Below are positions 27,401 through 40,729 of a stretch of 64,000 bases of DNA, one piece after another (position 1 is the first letter of the stretch; every line of letters begins with the position of its first letter). This DNA comes from an uncultured Eubacterium sp. (GTDB lineage: Bacteria; Bacillota; Clostridia; Peptostreptococcales; Anaerovoracaceae). The notes under the pieces are model-generated. The model was not told the origin of the DNA. It did no database searches and was given only the letters and a program-made list of their open reading frames with translations. The stretch is from contig CALBGO010000021.1 in assembly GCA_937894585.1 (NCBI GenBank), positions 5 through 64,004 of the forward strand, read 5' to 3'. A program made the translations under genes and the position numbers.

Positions 27401-29209
27401 ATGGATTATCAGAAATATATAAGAAATTTTAGCATTATCGCCCATATCGACCACGGCAAGTCCACCTTAGCGGACAGAATTATTGAAAACACAGGTCTGG
27501 TCGCACATCGCGATATGAAAGAACAGTTTCTGGACAATATGGATCTGGAGCGGGAACGGGGAATTACCATTAAGCTGCAGACCACCCGCCTTGTTTATCA
27601 GGCAAAGGACGGAAATGAATATATTTTCAATCTGATCGATACACCTGGTCATGTGGACTTTACATATGAAGTATCCAGAAGCCTTGCGGCCTGCGAGGGA
27701 GCCGTTCTTGTAGTGGATTCCACGCAGGGAGTGGAAGCGCAGACTATGGCAAATGTATATCTGGCATTGGAAGAAGATTTGGAGATTCTTCCCTGCCTGA
27801 ATAAAATCGATCTGGCAAGTTCCCGGCCGGATGAGACCAAAGAAGAGATCGAGGAGATGATTGGAATCGACGCTTCGGAGGCTCCCCTTGTTTCCGCTAA
27901 AGAAGGGACAGGCATTACAGACCTTCTGGAAGCGGTGGTGCAGACTGTTCCTGCGCCGGCGGGAGATGTGAACGGCAAGCTGAAAGCGCTGATTTTCGAC
28001 TCCGTTTATGATAACTATAAGGGAGTTGTAATTTATGCCCGTATTTTTGACGGACAGGTGAAAGTCGGCGATGCCATTCGCCTGATGAACACAGGGAAAA
28101 AATACGAGGTTACAGAGGTCGGCGTAATGGCTCCCGGTCATGTGCCCGCCAAATTCCTAAGAGCCGGAGAAGTAGGCTATATCTGCGCCAGCATTAAGCA
28201 GGTGCGCGATGCAAGAGTCGGCGATACCATTACTTTGGACAAGGACCCGACAGAAGAAGCTCTGCCGGGCTATAAAAAAGTGCAGTCTATGGTATACTGC
28301 GGTATCTATCCTGCCGAAGGTGAAAAATATGAAGGTGTAAAAGATGCTTTGGAAAAATTACAGGTAAATGATGCAGCCTTTATGTTTGAGCCGGAAACTT
28401 CCACCGCTTTGGGATTCGGATTCCGCTGCGGATTTTTGGGGCTTCTCCATATGGAAATTATCGTAGAGCGTCTTGAACGGGAATTCGGACTTGCGGTCAT
28501 TACCACATCGCCGAGCGTAGTTTACAGAGTAGTTCTGCAGGACGGTTCTGTTGAGATGATACAGAATCCGACCAACCTGCCGGATCAGGCAGAAATCAGC
28601 CGTATTGAAGAGCCGATTGTAAAGGCGGATATTATGATTCCGAAAGAATATGTGGGTTCCATTATGGAGCTTTGTCAGGAACGACGGGGTAAAATGCTGC
28701 ATATGGAATACATTACGGAAAACAGAGTGCAGCTCCATTACGAACTGCCGCTCAACGAGGTAATTTACGACTTTTTCGATGCTCTGAAATCCAAAACCCG
28801 CGGTTACGGATCTTTGGATTACGAGTTTATCCGCTATGAAAAATCAAACCTTGTGAAACTGGATGTGCTTTTGAACAAAGATCTGGTGGACGCGTTCTCT
28901 ATGATCGTTCACGAATCCAAAGCTTATGCCAGAGGCCGTTTTGTCTGCGAAAAACTGAAAGAGATTATTCCGATGCATCAGTTTGAGGTGCCGATTCAGG
29001 CAGCGGTGGGACAGAAGGTCATTGCGAGAGAAACGGTGCGCGCTTACAGAAAAGATGTAATCGCCAAGTGTTACGGCGGCGATATTTCCCGAAAGAAAAA
29101 GCTTTTGGAAAAGCAGAAAGAGGGAAAGAAGAGAATGCGACAGTTCGGCAAGGTGGAAGTGCCGCAGGAGGCATTTACGGCAGTTCTCAAATATGACGAC
29201 AATAAATAA
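27401..29209 (+). CDS. lepA: Translation elongation factor 4
   Basis: [44 protein letters not shown]. Confidence 0.97.
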   Translation: MDYQKYIRNFSIIAHIDHGKSTLADRIIENTGLVAHRDMKEQFLDNMDLERERGITIKLQTTRLVYQAKDGNEYIFNLIDTPGHVDFTYEVSRSLAACEGAVLVVDSTQGVEAQTMANVYLALEEDLEILPCLNKIDLASSRPDETKEEIEEMIGIDASEAPLVSAKEGTGITDLLEAVVQTVPAPAGDVNGKLKALIFDSVYDNYKGVVIYARIFDGQVKVGDAIRLMNTGKKYEVTEVGVMAPGHVPAKFLRAGEVGYICASIKQVRDARVGDTITLDKDPTEEALPGYKKVQSMVYCGIYPAEGEKYEGVKDALEKLQVNDAAFMFEPETSTALGFGFRCGFLGLLHMEIIVERLEREFGLAVITTSPSVVYRVVLQDGSVEMIQNPTNLPDQAEISRIEEPIVKADIMIPKEYVGSIMELCQERRGKMLHMEYITENRVQLHYELPLNEVIYDFFDALKSKTRGYGSLDYEFIRYEKSNLVKLDVLLNKDLVDAFSMIVHESKAYARGRFVCEKLKEIIPMHQFEVPIQAAVGQKVIARETVRAYRKDVIAKCYGGDISRKKKLLEKQKEGKKRMRQFGKVEVPQEAFTAVLKYDDNK

Positions 29210-29224
29210 GGTACTTTAACTGAT

Positions 29225-30328
29225 ATGAAGAAACTGGGAATTTATATTCACATTCCTTTCTGCCTGTCAAAGTGTCTGTATTGCGGATTTTATTCCGGAG
29301 AGGGCAGCAGCCTCGCAGAGAGGGAAGGCTACATAGAAGAACTGCTTGCGGATATTTCCGCTTACGGCAGGGAATACGGCGGAGATTACAGCGTCGATAC
29401 CGTATTTATCGGCGGAGGTACGCCGTCGATTTTAGAAGCGGGACAGATTGAACGTGTGCTTTCAGCGGTGCGCGGTGTTTTTTCAGTGGAAGCGGATGCA
29501 GAGATAACCCTCGAATCCAATCCGAAGACTTTAACAAAGGACAAGCTTTCCGCCTTTCGTTCTTTCGGTATCAACCGCCTTTCCATCGGCGCTCAGTCTC
29601 TTGACGACAGGATTCTTAAAACTTTGGGAAGAGCTCATACCGCAGCGGATTTTGAAGAAACCTTTTATTTGGCAAGAGAGTGCGGATTTGAAAATATCAA
29701 TACGGATTTAATGTTCGCTGTGCCGGGTCACACCATGGAGATATGGGAGGAGACTCTGCACAGGATTACAGAACTTTCTCCTGAGCATATTTCTTTTTAC
29801 AGTCTGCAGATTGAAGAGGGAACGCCTTATTACAGAATGTTTGAAGAGGGCAGACTCGATCAGATTTCCGACGAGCAGGACAGAAAGATGTATCATCGGG
29901 CAATTGAGCTTCTCAGGGAATCGGGCTATGAACAGTACGAGATTTCCAGCGCAGCAAAGCCGGGGAGACAGTGCCGCCATAACCTGAAATACTGGTCCCT
30001 GAATGATTACCTCGGGATCGGAAGCGGGGCAAGTTCCTATATGCAGGGAGTCCGCTTTACAGAGGCGCCGTTTATGGAGTTTCACGAGAATACCGCCGAA
30101 GACGATATGAGTGAATTCGTCTTTACGGGACTTCGTAAAGTCTGCGGTATCAGCCTTGGGGAATTTGAGGAAAGGTTCGGCAGAGATTTCTGGGAAGTTT
30201 ACGCAGGCTGCAGGACGGAGCTTCTGCCGTTCATCGAGAAAGGGCTGCTGATTGAAGATGCGGGCAGGCTCAGACTTTCCGAAGCAGGTTTTGATATTTC
30301 AAACACAGTGATGGCTGTATTTGTATAG
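29225..30328 (+). CDS. hemW: Radical SAM heme chaperone HemW
   Basis: YIHIPFCxxxCxYC, GGGTPS, HNLKYW; lepA synteny. Confidence 0.9.
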   Translation: MKKLGIYIHIPFCLSKCLYCGFYSGEGSSLAEREGYIEELLADISAYGREYGGDYSVDTVFIGGGTPSILEAGQIERVLSAVRGVFSVEADAEITLESNPKTLTKDKLSAFRSFGINRLSIGAQSLDDRILKTLGRAHTAADFEETFYLARECGFENINTDLMFAVPGHTMEIWEETLHRITELSPEHISFYSLQIEEGTPYYRMFEEGRLDQISDEQDRKMYHRAIELLRESGYEQYEISSAAKPGRQCRHNLKYWSLNDYLGIGSGASSYMQGVRFTEAPFMEFHENTAEDDMSEFVFTGLRKVCGISLGEFEERFGRDFWEVYAGCRTELLPFIEKGLLIEDAGRLRLSEAGFDISNTVMAVFV

Positions 30329-30415
30329 AGGCGGAAAGTCCGCAGGGCGCATATTTGCAGGAGGACGATCTATGATTTCGAGCAAACCGTCTGTATTGAA
30401 AAAATCCGGAAGTGA

Positions 30416-31918
<1,503 letters not shown>

Positions 31919-31967
31919 GCAGGGCGCAGAATAACGATATATTGCAGTAGGAGAGAGTTTATATATA

Positions 31968-33107
31968 ATGGGAGAAGTAAAGCAGAGAGATTATGTATTT
32001 GACACCTTCCGCGGTCTGTGTATGTGGTCGATTCCCATTTCTCATTTTACGAGAATGGCAGGTCACTTCAGCCACGATTCACTGGGCGGTGTTGTATACA
32101 TTACAATCAATGTATTTGTGATGCAGGCATTTATGTTTCTTTCCGGCTATTTTTCAAAGAAGCCGGAAAAGAGCAGAAAGATTGCCTTTCAAACTTTTTT
32201 GTGGCCGTACATATTGAGTATTTTTTTCTTTTACGGAGTTCGCCGTCTTTTGTGGGGCAGCGCAACTTTGTATTTTGACCGGCCTCCTTTTGCCATGTGG
32301 TTTATGCTGGCCCTGTTTCTGTACAAGGTATTTCAGAAAAACTATATCAAGATACCGCACTTTTTCGGAATTTCCGTTGCGGCCTATTTGACGGCAGGCT
32401 GTATTCCGTTTTTGGGCGAGGATTTTTCACTGGGGCGGATTGTATCTTATTTTCCGTTCTTTTTCCTCGGGTATGCCTGCACACCGGAGCATATCGAAAA
32501 GATAAAATCTCTGAAAAAATGGCAGTGCGCTGTGCTGGGTACGGTTCTTATAGGGATTTCCGTATGGCTGGCTTACGGTCTTCTTGAGATTCCGGTGGAA
32601 TGGTATCTGATGCGTCGTCCGGGCGCGGAAATCGGAGTTTCATGGTATGCGGATATTCTGATGCGGCTTCTTCTTGCCGTACTGGGTATTCTGTGGATTG
32701 TGCTGATGTTTAATATTCTGCCGGGAAAAGATAATTACCTTGCTTATGTGGGAAGAAATACTATGCCGGTGTATATTCTGCATCTGGTTGTCAGACAGTG
32801 GATTAAGAAACATGGAATTACCATGGGGCTGTTTGCGCTGCCGGCTGCGGGAACACCTCTTTACTATGTTCTCGTTTTCGGTCTTGCCTCTCTGTGCGTA
32901 ATTGTGTTCTCCTCCAAGCCGATATCCAAAGCTTATGATTTTGTTGTGGACGGGCTTTATACTGTGTTTATGCGTTTTGTGAAAAATCTGCTGCTGCCGC
33001 CGTTTGCCGCCTTGGAAAAACTGCTGGCGCTGTGCGGTGCAAAACTTCTTTCATGGACGGAAAAGCAGAAAACCCGGGAGGACAGGGAAGAATCGAAAAG
33101 AGCGTAA
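31968..33107 (+). CDS. Acyltransferase-3 family membrane protein
   Basis: R...FD..RG, F.FLSGYF, WF.LALF, G.NTMPVYILH. Confidence 0.82.
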   Translation: MGEVKQRDYVFDTFRGLCMWSIPISHFTRMAGHFSHDSLGGVVYITINVFVMQAFMFLSGYFSKKPEKSRKIAFQTFLWPYILSIFFFYGVRRLLWGSATLYFDRPPFAMWFMLALFLYKVFQKNYIKIPHFFGISVAAYLTAGCIPFLGEDFSLGRIVSYFPFFFLGYACTPEHIEKIKSLKKWQCAVLGTVLIGISVWLAYGLLEIPVEWYLMRRPGAEIGVSWYADILMRLLLAVLGILWIVLMFNILPGKDNYLAYVGRNTMPVYILHLVVRQWIKKHGITMGLFALPAAGTPLYYVLVFGLASLCVIVFSSKPISKAYDFVVDGLYTVFMRFVKNLLLPPFAALEKLLALCGAKLLSWTEKQKTREDREESKRA

Positions 33108-33154
33108 GGCAGAAGACAATAGACCGTAATATCAGAATCAGCAGAAAGGTGAAA

Positions 33155-33577
33155 ATGAAAGACGAAAGAAACGAGAATGTATTCGCCGGCGGTGCCGGAG
33201 GAAAAGTAGAAAACGACGGGAAAGCCGCAGCGGAAACCGGCGAAGAAGCTGTGACGGAAACCTCCGCAGAGGCGGGAAAGAAAACAGCCGAAAGAACTGC
33301 GGCGAAAGTCTGCAGAGAAGAACTGCCGGCTGCCGTACCCCTTCTGCTTGGAATTGTTTCGATGATATGTATATTTGTCAATTCATGGGTCTGCATTATC
33401 CTTGCGGTAGGCGGTATTATACTGGGTCTTTTTGTGAGAAATCACTGTTTTTCTCTGCCTGCCCGAAAGCTGATACTTGCCGGTATCATCTGCTCTGCTG
33501 CGGGTGTTGTGCTGGGTGCATTTTCTATGATATTCAAATTATGGGTAATTGGTGAAATGCTGACATTTTTTTCATAA
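33155..33577 (+). CDS. Small membrane protein (DUF4190-like)
   Basis: Charged N-terminus then hydrophobic helices (LLLGIVS..., AGIICS..G); RBS GAAAGGTG. Confidence 0.6.
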   Translation: MKDERNENVFAGGAGGKVENDGKAAAETGEEAVTETSAEAGKKTAERTAAKVCREELPAAVPLLLGIVSMICIFVNSWVCIILAVGGIILGLFVRNHCFSLPARKLILAGIICSAAGVVLGAFSMIFKLWVIGEMLTFFS

Positions 33578-33585
33578 AAAAGATG

Positions 33586-33635
33586 AAAATGACACTTTTG
33601 GGAATCGTAACAGATTATCGGGAAGTGTCATTTTT
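33586..33635 (+). terminator. Terminator upstream of the hrcA promoter
   Basis: AAAATGACACTT...AAGTGTCATTTTT. Confidence 0.65.
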
Positions 33636-33705
33636 AATTCGACTGATAGGCTTTTCAAATTCTTTATTTTTCACTAAAATTACATAAAAAAATCTCAAAT
33701 CCCTG

Positions 33706-33734
33706 TTGACATTGCAGGAGCAAAGTAGTAATCT
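33706..33734 (+). promoter_or_regulatory. SigmaA promoter of the hrcA operon
   Basis: TTGACA-N17-TAATCT. Confidence 0.7.
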
Positions 33735-33745
33735 ATATATAGTGA

Positions 33746-33772
33746 TTAGCACTCGTGATGAGTGAGTGCTAA
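33746..33772. promoter_or_regulatory. CIRCE element (HrcA operator)
   Basis: Exact TTAGCACTC-N9-GAGTGCTAA upstream of hrcA. Confidence 0.97.
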
Positions 33773-33786
33773 TAAGGAGAAAGATT

Positions 33787-34833
33787 ATGGAATTGACAGA
33801 ACGAAAACTTAAGATATTGCAGGCGATTATCAGTGACTATGTCAGATCTGCAGAGCCTGTCGGTTCGAGAACCCTTTCCAAACGGTTTGATCTGGGAATC
33901 AGTCCGGCAACCATCAGAAATGAGATGAGCGATCTGGAAGAGATGGGCTATCTGACCCACCCGCACACCTCAGCCGGAAGAGTACCGTCCGACAAGGCAT
34001 ACAGGCTGTATGTCAACAGTCTGATGGAAAAACAGGAGCTGACGCCTGTAGAGAAAAAGATTATTGCGGAAAAGCTGCGGGCCGATGTGACCGAGTTTGA
34101 CGAGACAATCAAACATGCCGCCAAGATTCTTTCTGAGATTACAAACCTGACATCTTTTGCAATGACACCGACCCAGAGCGAAGATACTCTCCGCTTTGTC
34201 AATCTGCTTCCGGTAGATGAACGCACAGTGGTGCTGATGATCGTTTCCGAAAGCGGCAAGATTTCCAATACGGCTCTGCGCCTTGGCGTGCCGTATACGG
34301 AAGAGGGGCTTCAGATTCTGGCGAAGAATATGACATATAACTACAACGGCAAGAAGATAACGGATGTTCTTAAAAGCAGGATTATTTCCAGTTTTGAATC
34401 AGATATAGAGGCAATGAGCAGACTGGCAGAGAACATTATGCCTAACTTTATGAAGACTTTGGAGGAGATGCTCAATGTAAATCTTTATATGGACGGTCTT
34501 ACCAATATCTTTGATATTCCGGAGTATAACGATTTAGAGAAAGCAAAGAGTTTCTTATCTCTTCTTGATAAGAAAGAGGATTTTACAAAGAAGCTGATAG
34601 AGCGGGAGAACGGTGTTATCGTAACTATCGGCGGTGAAAATGCCGACGATCTGATGAATGACTGTTCCCTGATTACGGCAACCTATCATGTAGACGGCAA
34701 GATGGTCGGAAAAATCGGCGTTATCGGACCTACTCGCATGCGGTACGGAAAGATTACTTCGATTATCGAGTATCTGACGGATAACCTGAGCGATACTTTT
34801 CAATTAGAAAAGGGTAATACAGATAATGAATAA
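33787..34833 (+). CDS. hrcA: Heat-inducible transcription repressor HrcA
   Basis: EPVGS, SPATIRNEM..LE..GYL..PHTSAGRVP, IGPTRM.Y. Confidence 0.96.
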   Translation: MELTERKLKILQAIISDYVRSAEPVGSRTLSKRFDLGISPATIRNEMSDLEEMGYLTHPHTSAGRVPSDKAYRLYVNSLMEKQELTPVEKKIIAEKLRADVTEFDETIKHAAKILSEITNLTSFAMTPTQSEDTLRFVNLLPVDERTVVLMIVSESGKISNTALRLGVPYTEEGLQILAKNMTYNYNGKKITDVLKSRIISSFESDIEAMSRLAENIMPNFMKTLEEMLNVNLYMDGLTNIFDIPEYNDLEKAKSFLSLLDKKEDFTKKLIERENGVIVTIGGENADDLMNDCSLITATYHVDGKMVGKIGVIGPTRMRYGKITSIIEYLTDNLSDTFQLEKGNTDNE

Positions 34834-35461
34834 TGAGGAGAAAAAGGTGAATAACGAAGAATTGAAAGAAGAACTGAACCGGGAAGGTTCAGCGGCAGAA
34901 GAAAAAGAAGCGGAATCCGCCGGAACAGGCGACGGCGACAGAACCGGAGAGTTTAAAGAAGCGGCAGAAGCTGAAAAAACTGCAGAACCGGAAGAAACCG
35001 GAAAAAGCGGCGGCGCAGAAAGCGCGGCTGCAGCGGAAACCACAGAGGAGGATGAAGCCCTCAATACAAAATATATGAGATTGATGGCAGACTTCCAGAA
35101 CTATAAGCGGAGAGTCGAAAAGGAAAAAAGCGATATCTATGCATTCGCAAACGAAAAACTGGTTTCGGAGCAGCTGGCGGTCATCGACAACTTCGAAAGA
35201 GCGCTGATGGTGGAAACTGCGGATACCGGTTTTGCGGAAGGTATGAAGCTGATTTTCAAACAGCTGACCGATGTACTGGAAAAAGCTGGTCTGGAAGAGA
35301 TCAAAGCCCACGGCGAAGATTTCGACCCGAACTTCCACAATGCCGTAATGACAGAAGACAATCCGGAATTCGAAAGCGGAAAAGTGACGGAGGTTCTGCA
35401 GAAAGGATATATGCTGAACAAGAAAGTAATTCGTCCGTCTATGGTAAAAGTCAACAATTAG
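34826..35461 (+). CDS. grpE: Nucleotide exchange factor GrpE
   Basis: ADFQNYKRR, FDPNFHNAV, QKGY.L...VIRP.MV.V. Confidence 0.96.
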   Translation: MNNEEKKVNNEELKEELNREGSAAEEKEAESAGTGDGDRTGEFKEAAEAEKTAEPEETGKSGGAESAAAAETTEEDEALNTKYMRLMADFQNYKRRVEKEKSDIYAFANEKLVSEQLAVIDNFERALMVETADTGFAEGMKLIFKQLTDVLEKAGLEEIKAHGEDFDPNFHNAVMTEDNPEFESGKVTEVLQKGYMLNKKVIRPSMVKVNN

Positions 35462-35563
35462 CGATGTAAACGGTTCAATTTACAGAACCTGCTTATATTC
35501 GCAGATAAAACAGTCAAGTATAGTAAATAAATATAGATAGTATCCAAAAAGGAGGAAAATAAA

Positions 35564-37453
35564 ATGGCAAAAGTAATTGGTATAGACTTAGGTACAACTA
35601 ACAGCTGCGTATCCGTACTGGAAGGCGGCGATCCTGTCGTAATCGCTAACGCAGAAGGAAACAGAACCACTCCGTCCGTAGTGGGTTTTGCAAAGAACGG
35701 TGAAAGACTGGTCGGCGAAACTGCAAAGAGACAGGCAGTAACCAATCCGGACAGAACCATCTCTTCCATTAAGAGACATATGGGTGAAAACTATTCCGTG
35801 GAAATCGACGGCAAGAAATACACGCCGCAGGATATTTCCGCTATGATCTTAGGTAAACTGAAAGCAGATGCTGAAGCTTATCTGGGCGAAAAAGTAACAG
35901 AAGCTGTTATCACAGTTCCTGCATACTTCTCCGACGCACAGAAGCAGGCAACCAAGGATGCCGGCAAAATCGCAGGTCTTGAAGTAAAGAGAATCATCAA
36001 CGAGCCGACTGCTGCATCTTTGGCATACGGTCTTGACAAAGAAGAAGGCTCCCACAAGATTCTGGTATACGACCTGGGCGGCGGTACATTCGACGTTTCC
36101 ATTCTGGAACTGGGCGACGGCGTGTTCGAAGTACTGGCTACAAACGGTGACACACACCTGGGCGGCGATGACTTCGACAATGCAGTGATGAACTTCCTGG
36201 CTGACAGCTTTGCAAAAGAAAACGGCGTAGATCTGAGAGCAGACAAGATGGCGCTGCAGAGACTGAAGGAAGCTGCAGAAAAAGCCAAGAAAGAGCTGTC
36301 CAGCGCACAGACTACAAATATCAACCTGCCGTTTATCACAGTAACTGCAGACGGTCCTCTGCATATGAATATGGACCTGACCAGAGCAAAATTCGATCAG
36401 CTGACTGCTGACCTTGTCAATAAATCCATCGAACCGATGAAGAAAGCTATGGCAGACGCAGGCGTAACCAACGCAGATCTTGCAAAGGTTATTCTGGTCG
36501 GCGGTTCCACAAGAATTCCGGCTGTACAGGAAGCAGTAAAGAGAGTAACAGGCAAAGAACCGTTCAAGGGCATCAACCCGGACGAATGTGTATCCGTAGG
36601 CGCTGCAATTCAGGCAGGCGTTCTGACCGGCGAAGTACACGATGTACTGCTGCTGGACGTTACTCCGCTGTCTCTGTCCATCGAAACACTGGGCGGTGTT
36701 GCAACCAAACTGATCGAAAGAAATACGACCATTCCGACAAAGAAGAGCCAGATCTTCTCCACCGCTGCTGATAACCAGACAGCTGTAGACATTCATGTAA
36801 TGCAGGGTGAAAGAGAAATGGCGTCAGGCAATATCACATTAGGCAGATTCCAGCTGACCGGTATTGCACCTGCTCCTCGCGGAATTCCTCAGATTGAGGT
36901 TACTTTCGATATCGACGCCAACGGTATCGTAAATGTAAGCGCAAAGGATCTGGGAACAGGAAAAATGCAGAACATCACAATCACTTCTTCCACAAACCTG
37001 TCCGAAGACGAAATCAACCAGAAGGTAAAAGAAGCGGAACAGTATGCAGAAGAAGACAAGAAGAGAAAGGCTGAAATCGAAGAGAGAAACAAGGCTGAAA
37101 ACCTGGTTTACGAAACAGAAAAAGCGCTGAAAGAACTGGAAGGCAAAATTTCCGACGATGAAAAGAAGGAAGTGGAAGATGCCAAGGAAGACCTGAAGAA
37201 GGCTCTGGAGGCAAACAATCCTGATGACATCAAAGCTAAGACAGAAGCTTTAACTGAAAAGTTCCATACCATTTCCACTAAGCTGTATGAACAGGCTGCA
37301 CAGGCGCAGCAGGCAGCAGGCGGTGCAGGATTTGATCCGAATATGGCAGGCGTTGCAGGTGCGGCAGGTGCCGGCGCAGCAGGCGCAAATGCAGGTCCTG
37401 CAGATGACAATGTAGTGGATGCGGATTATGAGGTTGTAGATGACGACAAATAA
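35564..37453 (+). CDS. dnaK: Chaperone DnaK
   Basis: [28 protein letters not shown]. Confidence 0.98.
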   Translation: MAKVIGIDLGTTNSCVSVLEGGDPVVIANAEGNRTTPSVVGFAKNGERLVGETAKRQAVTNPDRTISSIKRHMGENYSVEIDGKKYTPQDISAMILGKLKADAEAYLGEKVTEAVITVPAYFSDAQKQATKDAGKIAGLEVKRIINEPTAASLAYGLDKEEGSHKILVYDLGGGTFDVSILELGDGVFEVLATNGDTHLGGDDFDNAVMNFLADSFAKENGVDLRADKMALQRLKEAAEKAKKELSSAQTTNINLPFITVTADGPLHMNMDLTRAKFDQLTADLVNKSIEPMKKAMADAGVTNADLAKVILVGGSTRIPAVQEAVKRVTGKEPFKGINPDECVSVGAAIQAGVLTGEVHDVLLLDVTPLSLSIETLGGVATKLIERNTTIPTKKSQIFSTAADNQTAVDIHVMQGEREMASGNITLGRFQLTGIAPAPRGIPQIEVTFDIDANGIVNVSAKDLGTGKMQNITITSSTNLSEDEINQKVKEAEQYAEEDKKRKAEIEERNKAENLVYETEKALKELEGKISDDEKKEVEDAKEDLKKALEANNPDDIKAKTEALTEKFHTISTKLYEQAAQAQQAAGGAGFDPNMAGVAGAAGAGAAGANAGPADDNVVDADYEVVDDDK

Positions 37454-37578
37454 TCGCACTTGTTAAATTTCCGTACTGCTTTGGTTTGCTGTCATTCGCA
37501 CTCGTTTATGTACTTTGAGTACACGCGCTCGTGCTCGTTCAGCAAACCTGTGCATTACGGAATTTTCCCGGCGTGCGA
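37454..37578. repeat. ~125-nt structured intergenic element, copy 2
   Basis: Same architecture as 14499-14625 with compensatory stem changes. Confidence 0.65.
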
Positions 37579-37737
37579 AAGGCAGTTCCGCTGAGAACGA
37601 AATTTCCGGCGCATTTGGAAAGCAGCCGGTACCGTATATTTAATAAATTGTCAGCATTGTCCGTGGCGGAGGCGTCTCCGCCGCGGCATTACTGCGTTAT
37701 ATGTATCAGTAAATTTGATGGAAGGTAAATAGAAATT

Positions 37738-38880
37738 ATGGCAGAAAAAAGAGATTATTATGAGGTCCTCGGTCTGAAGAAGGGCGCGAGCGAAGATGAA
37801 ATCAAAAGAGCCTTCCGAAAGATGGCGATGAAATATCACCCTGATAAAAATCCGGGGGATAAAAAAGCCGAAGAAAAATTCAAAGAAGTAAATGAAGCTT
37901 ACAGCGTTCTGTCGGACCCGGATAAAAAGAGCAAATACGACCGGTTCGGTCATGCGGGGGTAGACCCGAATGCAGGCTTTGGAGGCGCAGGTGCCGGCGG
38001 TTTCGGCGGGTTTGATGATATCTTTGATATTTTCGGCAATATGTTCGGCGGAGGCGGCGGCTTTGGAGGCGGCGCTGCAAGAAGAAATGCGCCGATGAAG
38101 GGCAGAGATCTGCAGAAAGCAATTACTATTGATTTTGAAGAAGCCGCTTTCGGATGTAAAAAAGAAATCAGTATTAACAAATATGTAAAATGCACAACCT
38201 GCAACGGCGAAGGAAATGCGCCGGGAACAGAAAAGAAAACCTGTGCAAACTGCGGCGGCAGCGGTCAGGTGCATACGGTGCAGAGAACGCCTTTCGGCCA
38301 GTTCCAGAGCACCGGTCCGTGTCCTGAATGCGGCGGCAAAGGCAGCGTAATCGAAACGCCGTGTCCTGAATGCGGCGGCAGCGGAAAAGTCCGCAAGACC
38401 ATTAAAATTCATGTGGATATTCCTGCCGGTGTGGACAATGATAGTGTCATTCCGATCAGAGGTCAGGGCGAGCCGGGTGAAAACGGCGGACCGAACGGAG
38501 ATTTTTATGTGGTAATCACTGTAAAACCGCATAAAATGTTCAAAAGAGACGGAGACAATCTGTATCTGGATATTCCGATTACCTTTAATCAGGCGGCGCT
38601 GGGCGATGAAATTACAGTACCGACTCTGGACGGTAAAGTTTCCTATAAAGTTCCGGCAGGAACACAGCCGAACACCGTGTTCCGCTTAAAAGGCAAAGGG
38701 GTTCGCAATGTCAGAAGCGGTCGTATGGGGGATTTATATGTAAAAGCCGTTTTGGAAGTGCCGACCAAGCTTTCCGCAAAGCAGAAGAAAGCAATTGAAG
38801 AAATGGGAAAAGCAGTTGATCATAAATGCTATCAGAAAAAATCCGGATTTGCGGAGAAAATGAAGGAACTGTTTAAATAA
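37738..38880 (+). CDS. dnaJ: Chaperone DnaJ
   Basis: HPD J-domain, G/F region, four CxxCxGxG repeats. Confidence 0.98.
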   Translation: MAEKRDYYEVLGLKKGASEDEIKRAFRKMAMKYHPDKNPGDKKAEEKFKEVNEAYSVLSDPDKKSKYDRFGHAGVDPNAGFGGAGAGGFGGFDDIFDIFGNMFGGGGGFGGGAARRNAPMKGRDLQKAITIDFEEAAFGCKKEISINKYVKCTTCNGEGNAPGTEKKTCANCGGSGQVHTVQRTPFGQFQSTGPCPECGGKGSVIETPCPECGGSGKVRKTIKIHVDIPAGVDNDSVIPIRGQGEPGENGGPNGDFYVVITVKPHKMFKRDGDNLYLDIPITFNQAALGDEITVPTLDGKVSYKVPAGTQPNTVFRLKGKGVRNVRSGRMGDLYVKAVLEVPTKLSAKQKKAIEEMGKAVDHKCYQKKSGFAEKMKELFK

Positions 38881-38952
38881 GCCGTTTCAGAAACAGAACA
38901 GTTTGTTCCAATGATATTTCGGGAATCGGCTGAATAAACATTGAATTTCGCG

Positions 38953-38998
38953 CGAAGGAAAATCTGCACAGGGCAGAATTTCCTTCGTGTATTTTTTT
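38953..38998 (+). terminator. Terminator after dnaJ
   Basis: CGAAGGAAA...TTTCCTTCG stem followed by a T run. Confidence 0.65.
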
Positions 38999-39098
38999 GA
39001 AAAATATTTTGGAATTTGTAAGAGGGTACTGGCAGGAAACCGTTTATCATGTATAATAGGAGTAGAGCCTTTGGGCATTTTCAGTTTGGAGGAAAAAG

Positions 39099-40067
39099 AT
39101 GAAATACATAGAAATTGATATAGAAACTACAGCGGCAGGGATAGAGGCGGTAGTCGGTGAGCTGATGGCTATGGGAATTACCGATACGGTGGTGGAAGAT
39201 CCCCGCGATATTGAGGAGCTGATGGACAAGAAGCAGACTTACGACTGGGATTATCTTGATGACAGCATCGTGGAAAAAATGAAGGATAATCCGAAGGTGA
39301 AGATTTATCTTGAAGATACAACGGAAAATCGCAAGCTGGCAGCAAGGATCGCTCCCGCTATGATTTCTCTGAAAAAGGCTGCAAAAACAGGCGCTTTCGG
39401 TGAGAATTCCGATTTCGGAAGTCTTCGCATTACCAGCAGCATAGAAGACGATGCTGCGTGGAAGGACAAATGGAAAGAGTATTTCAAGCCGTCTCGGATT
39501 TCCGATTCTATTGTGGTAAAGCCGACCTGGGAATCCTACGAGAAACAGGCGGATGAAAAGGTGATTGAAATTGATCCCGGTATGGCATTCGGAACCGGAA
39601 CCCACGAAACCACTTCTCTTTGCGTAAAAATGCTGGAAAAATATCAGAAAAAAGGCGATAAAGTACTGGATGTAGGCTGCGGAAGCGGGATTTTGTCCAT
39701 CGCTGCGGCGCTTTTGGGCGCAGAAGATGTACTGGGCGTCGATATAGATCCGGTGGCTGTTTCTGTCGCTGCGGAGAATATCGCATTAAACGGTGTTGTG
39801 GATACGGCAAAGGCCCAGTATGGAGATTTAACCAAAGGAATTGATTACAAAGCGGATATTGTTGTGGCGAACCTGATGGCAGATCTTGTGATGATGCTTG
39901 CGGAAGATGCCGCAAAACATATGAACGGGGACGGTCTGTTTATTTCGTCTGGAATCCTTGTAGAAAAAGAACAGCAGGTTGCAGAGCATCTGCGGGGGTG
40001 CGGATTTGCCATTGCGGAAATCTGCGAGGACGGCGGCTGGTGCTGTATTACGGCGAAAAAAGCATAA
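39099..40067 (+). CDS. prmA: Ribosomal protein L11 methyltransferase
   Basis: IDPGMAFGTGTHETT, LDVGCGSGILSI. Confidence 0.96.
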   Translation: MKYIEIDIETTAAGIEAVVGELMAMGITDTVVEDPRDIEELMDKKQTYDWDYLDDSIVEKMKDNPKVKIYLEDTTENRKLAARIAPAMISLKKAAKTGAFGENSDFGSLRITSSIEDDAAWKDKWKEYFKPSRISDSIVVKPTWESYEKQADEKVIEIDPGMAFGTGTHETTSLCVKMLEKYQKKGDKVLDVGCGSGILSIAAALLGAEDVLGVDIDPVAVSVAAENIALNGVVDTAKAQYGDLTKGIDYKADIVVANLMADLVMMLAEDAAKHMNGDGLFISSGILVEKEQQVAEHLRGCGFAIAEICEDGGWCCITAKKA

Positions 40068-40132
40068 TTTGAGCCGGCAGCATTTGAAGACAGCCTGCGA
40101 AAAAAAGTCAAGTTATTTTAGGAGGAGACTCT

Positions 40133-40729
40133 TTGAAAAAGGGTAACAGTAAAAGAAAAAACGATGTGATATTCATTCTGTTCAGTCTGGTGCTGGGTTT
40201 ATTTATGGGATGGATTTCAAAAGATATTGCGGGACTTGAGACGATAGGGGCGGTTATTGAGAATATGGGTATATGGCTCTTTGTTTCAACCCTTCTTGCA
40301 GTTTATACGCCGGAGGCGGTGCGCGGAGCCCTTCATGCCTTTACCTATTTTGCAGGTGTGATTTTTGGATATTTCGGGCATATTCTGCTGCTTTCGGGAT
40401 CGGCGGAGATACAGCTTCTGCTCCGGTATCTGATTCTGGCTGTGATAGGCGGGGTGATCGGATTTATCAGCGGAAACTGCCGCAGCAGAGAATGGCTCGG
40501 CGCAGCCTGCACTGCGGTTCCCGTTTCTCTTCTGATTGCGGAGGCTTATCCGATTTACAAAGGTTTTTCTCTTGTTCTGGGGATTGATATTATCTTTGCA
40601 GCGGTTTTATATATCCTGATGGCGCCGGGTAAAATGCAGAAGCTGATGGCGATGCCTTTTATCATTGTCTTTGTGTTTGTGCTGGTATATTTTAATGTAT
40701 TTTCCCGCATTTTCGGAGGTTTTATATGA
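40133..40729 (+). CDS. Hypothetical multi-pass membrane protein
   Basis: TTG start with RBS AGGAGG; ~6 hydrophobic segments; overlaps the rsmE start. Confidence 0.7.
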   Translation: MKKGNSKRKNDVIFILFSLVLGLFMGWISKDIAGLETIGAVIENMGIWLFVSTLLAVYTPEAVRGALHAFTYFAGVIFGYFGHILLLSGSAEIQLLLRYLILAVIGGVIGFISGNCRSREWLGAACTAVPVSLLIAEAYPIYKGFSLVLGIDIIFAAVLYILMAPGKMQKLMAMPFIIVFVFVLVYFNVFSRIFGGFI